From Nitrospinaceae bacterium (GTDB lineage: Bacteria; Nitrospinota; Nitrospinia; Nitrospinales; Nitrospinaceae): a stretch of 64,000 nt of DNA. Below the pieces are notes generated by a model. It was not told the origin of the DNA. It saw only the letters and a list, made by a program, of their open reading frames with translations, and did no database searches. The position numbers and the translations under genes are program-made. Every line of letters begins with the position of its first letter. Position 1 is the first letter of the stretch. The stretch is from NCBI GenBank assembly GCA_965237905.1, contig OZ250172.1, forward strand, positions 2,944,001-3,008,000, given 5' to 3'. Below are positions 58,887 through 64,000 of the stretch, one piece after another.

Positions 58887-60257
58887 ATGAATAACCGCTT
58901 GTTCTCAAAGTTTGTTTCAGCTTGGGTCTTCTGTTTATGCCTGGTGTTTGCATCCGGTATGAATGCAGGCCATTCGGCAAAGGGGCTAAAACTTCTCGAA
59001 GAAGTAGAGGAAGGTTTTGTCGGCCTGGCAGAACACACCTTGCCTTCGGTCGTTAATATTTCCCCTTACGTTCCGCCATCGCCATCCGTACGTCGCCAAA
59101 GTGATCCTAATCGTTCCCGACCTACCAATGCCGGCGCAGGCGTCATCATTGACGGGGTGAATGGTTATATCGTGACCAACAGTCATGTGGTACGTCAGTC
59201 TCAAAAAGTGCAGATTCTTTTTTATAGTGGCGAGGAACGGGTCGGGCAGGTTTTGGGTGTCGACGAAGAGACAGACCTGGCGGTCATTAAGGTGGAATCA
59301 TCCAAGCCATTACCCTCGGTTTCGCTAGGCGATTCCTCCAAGTTGAAAGTCGGACAGTTTGTTGTGGCGATAGGGAATCCCTATGGCTTGCATGATACAT
59401 TCAGTTTTGGAGTGATCAGCGGGCTGAACCGGGAAAATGTCAATATTTCCCGGTATGAGGACTTTATCCAGACGGATGCCTCCATCAACCCCGGAAATAG
59501 TGGTGGACCCCTCCTGAATATTCGAGGGGAGGTTGTTGGGATCAATACCGCGATCATCAATTATGCCCAAAGCATTGGGTTCGCGATCCCGGCCAATATT
59601 GTTAAGAACGTCGCTCAACAGATCATTGAAAACGGATCGGTCAATCGAGGCTGGCTGGGTGTGGGTATCGAGTATCTCCCTGAAGATGTCGCTAAGAATG
59701 CCAACATCGGAAAAGGGGATGGGGTTTTGGTGAACTCGGTGTTTGAGAAACAACCTGCGCATCAGGCGGGAATCAAGGTCGGGGACATCATCCTGAAGAT
59801 TGGCGGCGCCACGGTGAACTCTCCAAATTCCATGATTCGGCTTATTGGCAATGTTTCCCCCGGGCAGTTTATCAATCTGGATGTTCTCAGAAATGGCGAA
59901 CATAAGACTTTTGCTGTCCGGCTGGCCCGGAAGGAAGAACCCAGACAGCAACTTGCCGCTTTGGGAAAAAAGGAGTCGCCTCAATTGGGTTTGATTTGGG
60001 AGGATTTGAATGAAGCGGCTTCCCAAGCCCAGGAATCTGACCTTAAACAAGGGGTGCGGGTGATCCAGGTCCTTCCACACAGCGAAGCTGAAAAGGAAGG
60101 CATCCGGCAAGGGGACGTGATTACCGCGGTCAATGGGAAACAGATAGTCAGTAAAAAGGAGTTTGAGGATTTTCTCCAGAAGAGTTCCCATGAGAGAACT
60201 CTTTCCCTTTTGGTTGACCGGGACAACGTATCGATCCTATTTAATTTGAATAAATAA
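58887..60257 (+). CDS. DegP/DegQ (HtrA) serine protease with two PDZ domains
   Basis: VTNSHVV, TDLAVIK, IQTDASINPGNSGGPL, GWLGV, GDVITAVNG. Confidence 0.95.
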   Translation: MNNRLFSKFVSAWVFCLCLVFASGMNAGHSAKGLKLLEEVEEGFVGLAEHTLPSVVNISPYVPPSPSVRRQSDPNRSRPTNAGAGVIIDGVNGYIVTNSHVVRQSQKVQILFYSGEERVGQVLGVDEETDLAVIKVESSKPLPSVSLGDSSKLKVGQFVVAIGNPYGLHDTFSFGVISGLNRENVNISRYEDFIQTDASINPGNSGGPLLNIRGEVVGINTAIINYAQSIGFAIPANIVKNVAQQIIENGSVNRGWLGVGIEYLPEDVAKNANIGKGDGVLVNSVFEKQPAHQAGIKVGDIILKIGGATVNSPNSMIRLIGNVSPGQFINLDVLRNGEHKTFAVRLARKEEPRQQLAALGKKESPQLGLIWEDLNEAASQAQESDLKQGVRVIQVLPHSEAEKEGIRQGDVITAVNGKQIVSKKEFEDFLQKSSHERTLSLLVDRDNVSILFNLNK

Positions 60258-60386
60258 AGTTAGTAATTAATCGAATTAATTTTGAAGAAACTTGGTTTTA
60301 ACTTATTAAGGATGGAAAACGGTTTGGCAATGGCGGTTTTCCAATATCCGATCATTTTTTTACTAGAAAATTTCTAGGGAGGTTTT

Positions 60387-63300
60387 ATGGCTACAAGCAG
60401 AAATCACATTTTGCAGGTGTTGATCTTAATGGCGCTGACCGTTGTGTTGGGCCTGGGCACTGCATTCGCTTCTTCGAGTCACGAGGGCCATCACGGCTCT
60501 CCGGTAGACCGTCCGGTGTGGTTGGATAAACTGGAAAACCAGATCGACTACGAAGAGATGATGGAAGGCAAACAAGGCGATCAGGAACGCCTGAACAAGA
60601 CCTACAGGGGTCTGATGGACCGCCTGAAGGGGAAATTGATGGAACATGCCAGCCCGGCTTCCACCGGTGGCGGGTTTCATAATTCCTGGGCCGCCCATCA
60701 GCTTCAACAGGGTTATCTGCTTGGGCCAACGGAAGTCGCCGATCAGGTGTTCCGAGGCGCCCATTGTCCCGCCGGCGTTCCCACCAAAATCTATGATATC
60801 TCCGCGATCAATGTTGAGATCACGCTCAACCAGTGGGGCGATTATTTTCCGGGCTACATGTACGTTCTGACCAAGAATATCCCAAAGGTCAGAGACGAAG
60901 AGAAACGCAATGCCAAAGCCCGTGCAGACGCGCTGGACCCCGGAGCTGTTACCAATGGATTGCAGGGCGATGCCATTCAACCATTTGTGATCCGCGCTAA
61001 CCAGGGCGAATGTGTTCGCATTAAATTTCATAACGCATTGGAAGATGAAGACGCCGGTTTTCAGATCAACGGTTCCGCCATGATCATCAGCAAAACCGGT
61101 GCTCCCAACACCGCGGCTTCCAAAGGCTCCATTGTTCCCAGCGAAGAGTCCCAGGAATTTGAATGGTACATTCCGGTGGACGAGCAGGAAGGCGGTCACG
61201 TCATCGTCAGTCATGCCGGCCGCGATCCGCAGGCGTTGGGTCTGGTCGGTGTGTTTATTGTGGAACCGCGTGGTTCGAAGTATCTCGATCCGTGGACGGG
61301 TCAGGGTTTGGAAAGCGGCTGGATGGTCATGATCGCCAACGATGACCAGAAGGATTTCCGTGAATTTGTCATAATCTATCATGAAGTGGGCGACGAATCC
61401 TTCCGTCCCTTGAACCGTCACGGCGAAATGATTCCCCAGCGCGATCCGCAGACCGATGCCTACCGGCCTTCGGCCCGGGCGATAAACTTCCGCAGTGAGC
61501 CGTTCGGGATCAACAACCTGGCGGTGCAGGAGAAGATGTATCATTTCGAAGACGAGTCGCTGGCGTACAGTTCTTATACGTTCGGTGATGCGCCCACCAC
61601 GATCCCCCGTTCCTACATGGGCGATCCGGCAAAGTTCCGCCTGATTCACGGCGGCGGCGAGGTGTTCCATTCGCACCATCCGCATGGCGGAACCATTCGC
61701 TGGACGCGTTCTCCGAAACGGGAGCCGGGAATTGAAAACTTGATCACGGCGGCCTACGACGGTCCGGTGAAGTATCCGGTGGTTCGAACGACCACCGACC
61801 GCGTAGACGTGCAAGTTATCGGTCCGGCTGAAGCGATTGACCTCGAAACGGAATGCGGTTCCGGTCTGTGTCAGAAGCTGGCAGGTGATTTCCTATTCCA
61901 TTGTCATGTCGCGCATCACTATGTCGCCGGCATGTGGGGCTACTGGCGCGTGTACAACACCATCCAAAATGGCAACTATCCGCACGGCAGTACCGACATC
62001 ATGCGGCCTTTGAAGGAGCTTCCGGACCGGAAAGGATATATTCCAAAAGGTGTCAGCTCCGACAAGCTGGTCGGCAAAACCATGAACTGGTACGGCAAGA
62101 AGTTCAAGATTGTCGACAAAGGCAATAGTAAATGGAACCGGGATAATCCTATAGTTCACATCAAATCCTGGGTGAAGTATATGTTGCCGCCGAAAGGTCA
62201 GCCGGGTCACACGTCCGACGAGAAGAAGCAGATTCTTTCGTACGACGGCACGGTTTGGGATTACGCCTGGAAAGGTAACAGGGCGATGTCCGAACGGGAA
62301 ATCAGCTTCCCGATGGCGAAGTTCAAAGCGCCGCATCCGGGCAAGCGTCATCCCCTCCAGTTCCACCCGACCAATGGCAAGCTGGCATGGCCTCACATGA
62401 CGCCGCATTTTGGCAAACGGGTTCCGTTTGCGCGTCATCATGGTGGTGCTCCCTGGCTGGAGCCGTTTCACTTGCTGCCGGATCCTGGAATCATTACGAA
62501 GACCGAGTCCGGCAGTGGGCGTTCCAATGCCCGCATGGAGAATTCCTCTCCCGCCAAACCCGGTGCGCATGGTCGTTGGAGTTTATGTCCAGCAGGTGCG
62601 GGTCGGAAGCAGTACAACCTGCATTTCATCAACACACCGATTCAATTGTCGGGGGCTTATGGCAAGACCAAGCCGGTTATAGACAAGTACGGTCTGATTT
62701 ACGTGATCGACGAGGATATGAAGGCGGTCAAGAAGGACCCAAAAAAGGCCTTGCCTCTGGTCATTCGCGCCAATGTCTATGACTGTGTCGATGTGTTGTT
62801 GACGAGTGAATGGAATGACGATGATTTCACGAACTTCCAGATGTCGAAGATCAATATTCATCCTCATTTTTTCCAGTTCGATAACCAATCGTCGGATGGC
62901 GTCATCACTGGTTTCTCTTATGACCAGTCGATGCGTTCCTACCGGCAGTTCGATAAAAAGATGAAGAAGGGCCATCATGTAGGCATGCCGGTTCCGATGA
63001 ACGCGAAAGTGTTGAGCAACACCAAGCGTGGGTCGAAAACGGTCAAGCTCAAGATGGCTCATCATGCAACGCCGTTCCATGTAGGTGCCGATATCATAGT
63101 TGGTATTGAGCGGCCCAATGGTAAGGATGCGCGTTGGGTCAAGTCGATGAAACCGGCTCCCGGCAAAGCGAAGGACGGGGTGTACACGATCACCTTTACC
63201 GAGGGCATGACCCATGCTCATAAGAAGGGCGAAATCGTGAGCGCTGAGTTCGTTCGTTATCGCTGGTGGGTGGATGCGGATGTCGGGCTGGTGTTCTGGC

Positions 63301-64000
63301 ACGATCATGCATTCGGCGCGACCACCTGGCCGCACGGCGGTATCGGTTCGACTATCGTTGAGCCCTGGGGATCGACTTATCATGATCCCAAAACCGGCAA
63401 GTTGATTCGCAGTGGCCCGGTAGCGGATATTCATGGCACCGAGCCGGTCGCTTATGCGCGCAACGGCAGTTTCCGCGAACTCGTGGTGCAACTGCACGAT
63501 ACGGTACCACATAACGCCCAGCTGGTGACAGCGGGGAATCCTCCCGGTCTGTCGCGTGAGAACGCGATTGCCGCGGGTCAGTCGATTTCCTTTCAGATGC
63601 CGACAACCCTGCAGGATGTTGCTTTCCCGCATTTGAATGGCGGCACGCACACCACCGGCGGCGGTTTTAACTTCCGTTCCGCTTCCCTGGCGGCCCGGTT
63701 GGCGGCTAATCCGGATGCTTCGATGCTGTTCAGCAGTAAGGCGCATCGCGATCCTGATACCCCCATGTTAAGGGCTTATCTGGGGGATAACGTCGTGTTC
63801 CGTCTCCTGCACGGGATGCAGAACGAAACTCATACCTTCGTCGTTTCCGGTCACGGTTATCGGCCGGAACGGTATGACAGGGATTCCCGCGTGACCAACA
63901 CGATTCACATAGGAATCGCGGAACGATACGACTTGGCCACCACGGCAGGGGGTTATCAGCAGAGAGCGGGTGATTACCTGATCTATAACGGCCGTACGTC
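60387..64000 (+). CDS. Very large secreted multicopper oxidase (MnxG-like), 3' end outside window
   Basis: ATG after GGAGG. Frame checked by hand over the N-terminal part and at several downstream points to the window end. Signal peptide, FHSHHPHG, FHCHVAHHYVAGM, NIHPHF, FWHDH, GIAERYD...AGDYL. Confidence 0.92.
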   Translation, partial: MATSRNHILQVLILMALTVVLGLGTAFASSSHEGHHGSPVDRPVWLDKLENQIDYEEMMEGKQGDQERLNKTYRGLMDRLKGKLMEHASPASTGGGFHNSWAAHQLQQGYLLGPTEVADQVFRGAHCPAGVPTKIYDISAINVEITLNQWGDYFPGYMYVLTKNIPKVRDEEKRNAKARADALDPGAVTNGLQGDAIQPFVIRANQGECVRIKFHNALEDEDAGFQINGSAMIISKTGAPNTAASKGSIVPSEESQEFEWYIPVDEQEGGHVIVSHAGRDPQALGLVGVFIVEPRGSKYLDPWTGQGLESGWMVMIANDDQKDFREFVIIYHEVGDESFRPLNRHGEMIPQRDPQTDAYRPSARAINFRSEPFGINNLAVQEKMYHFEDESLAYSSYTFGDAPTTIPRSYMGDPAKFRLIHGGGEVFHSHHPHGGTIRWTRSPKREPGIENLITAAYDGPVKYPVVRTTTDRVDVQVIGPAEAIDLETECGSGLCQKLAGDFLFHCHVAHHYVAGMWGYWRVYNTIQNGNYPHGSTDIMRPLKELPDRKGYIPKGVSSDKLVGKTMNWYGKKFKIVDKGNSKWNRDNPIVHIKSWVKYMLPPKGQPGHTSDEKKQILSYDGTVWDYAWKGNRAMSEREISFPMAKFKAPHPGKRHPLQFHPTNGKLAWPHMTPHFGKRVPFARHHGGAPWLEPFHLLPDPGIITKTESGSGRSNARMENSSPAKPGAHGRWSLCPAGAGRKQYNLHFINTPIQLSGAYGKTKPVIDKYGLIYVIDEDMKAVKKDPKKALPLVIRANVYDCVDVLLTSEWNDDDFTNFQMSKINIHPHFFQFDNQSSDGVITGFSYDQSMRSYRQFDKKMKKGHHVGMPVPMNAKVLSNTKRGSKTVKLKMAHHATPFHVGADIIVGIERPNGKDARWVKSMKPAPGKAKDGVYTITFTEGMTHAHKKGEIVSAEFVRYRWWVDADVGLVFWHDHAFGATTWPHGGIGSTIVEPWGSTYHDPKTGKLIRSGPVADIHGTEPVAYARNGSFRELVVQLHDTVPHNAQLVTAGNPPGLSRENAIAAGQSISFQMPTTLQDVAFPHLNGGTHTTGGGFNFRSASLAARLAANPDASMLFSSKAHRDPDTPMLRAYLGDNVVFRLLHGMQNETHTFVVSGHGYRPERYDRDSRVTNTIHIGIAERYDLATTAGGYQQRAGDYLIYNGRT

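Noticed and set aside
60426..63746. Long minus-strand ORFs 60426-61814, 61893-62570 and 62583-63746
   Set aside because: Antisense shadows of the + strand multicopper oxidase; no motifs of their own.

Overview
A 64-kb bacterial chromosomal segment. It is most likely Nitrospinota (Nitrospina-like nitrite oxidiser); this is inferred from gene content and was not checked by a search. Layout: 1-8.9 kb is the tail of a surface-glycan modification cluster (two SAM methyltransferases, asnB-type amidotransferase, bi-domain oxidoreductase, membrane proteins). 8.9-47 kb is mostly housekeeping: FlhG/MinD ATPase, site-2 protease-trpS-DUF559-ileS-lspA-lspA-lgt, LemA plus two GIDE/EF-hand proteins, GGDEF-EAL, initiator tRNA, rpsF-ssb-rpsR-DUF2232-rplI-dnaB, M23-secA, DksA, two CNNM/HlyC genes and thiL. 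48-58 kb is an accessory patch. The most striking element there is a three-Cys MerR-family metal sensor with a perfect operator in a 19-bp-spacer promoter. It drives a probable operon of DUF169, a SAM methyltransferase, an HgcA-like membrane corrinoid protein (NVWCAAAEG), a small Cys-rich peptide and a 13-Cys double YHS/TRASH protein, with no hgcB or merA. This looks like a metal-inducible corrinoid methyl-transfer system. Also present are REP-like hairpin repeats (one inverted doublet at the end of DUF559), a deleted duplicate of the cysH 3' end, a frameshifted GIDE paralog and a possible rod-shaped ncRNA. A >1200-codon MnxG-like multicopper oxidase runs off the right edge and is missing from the ORF track.
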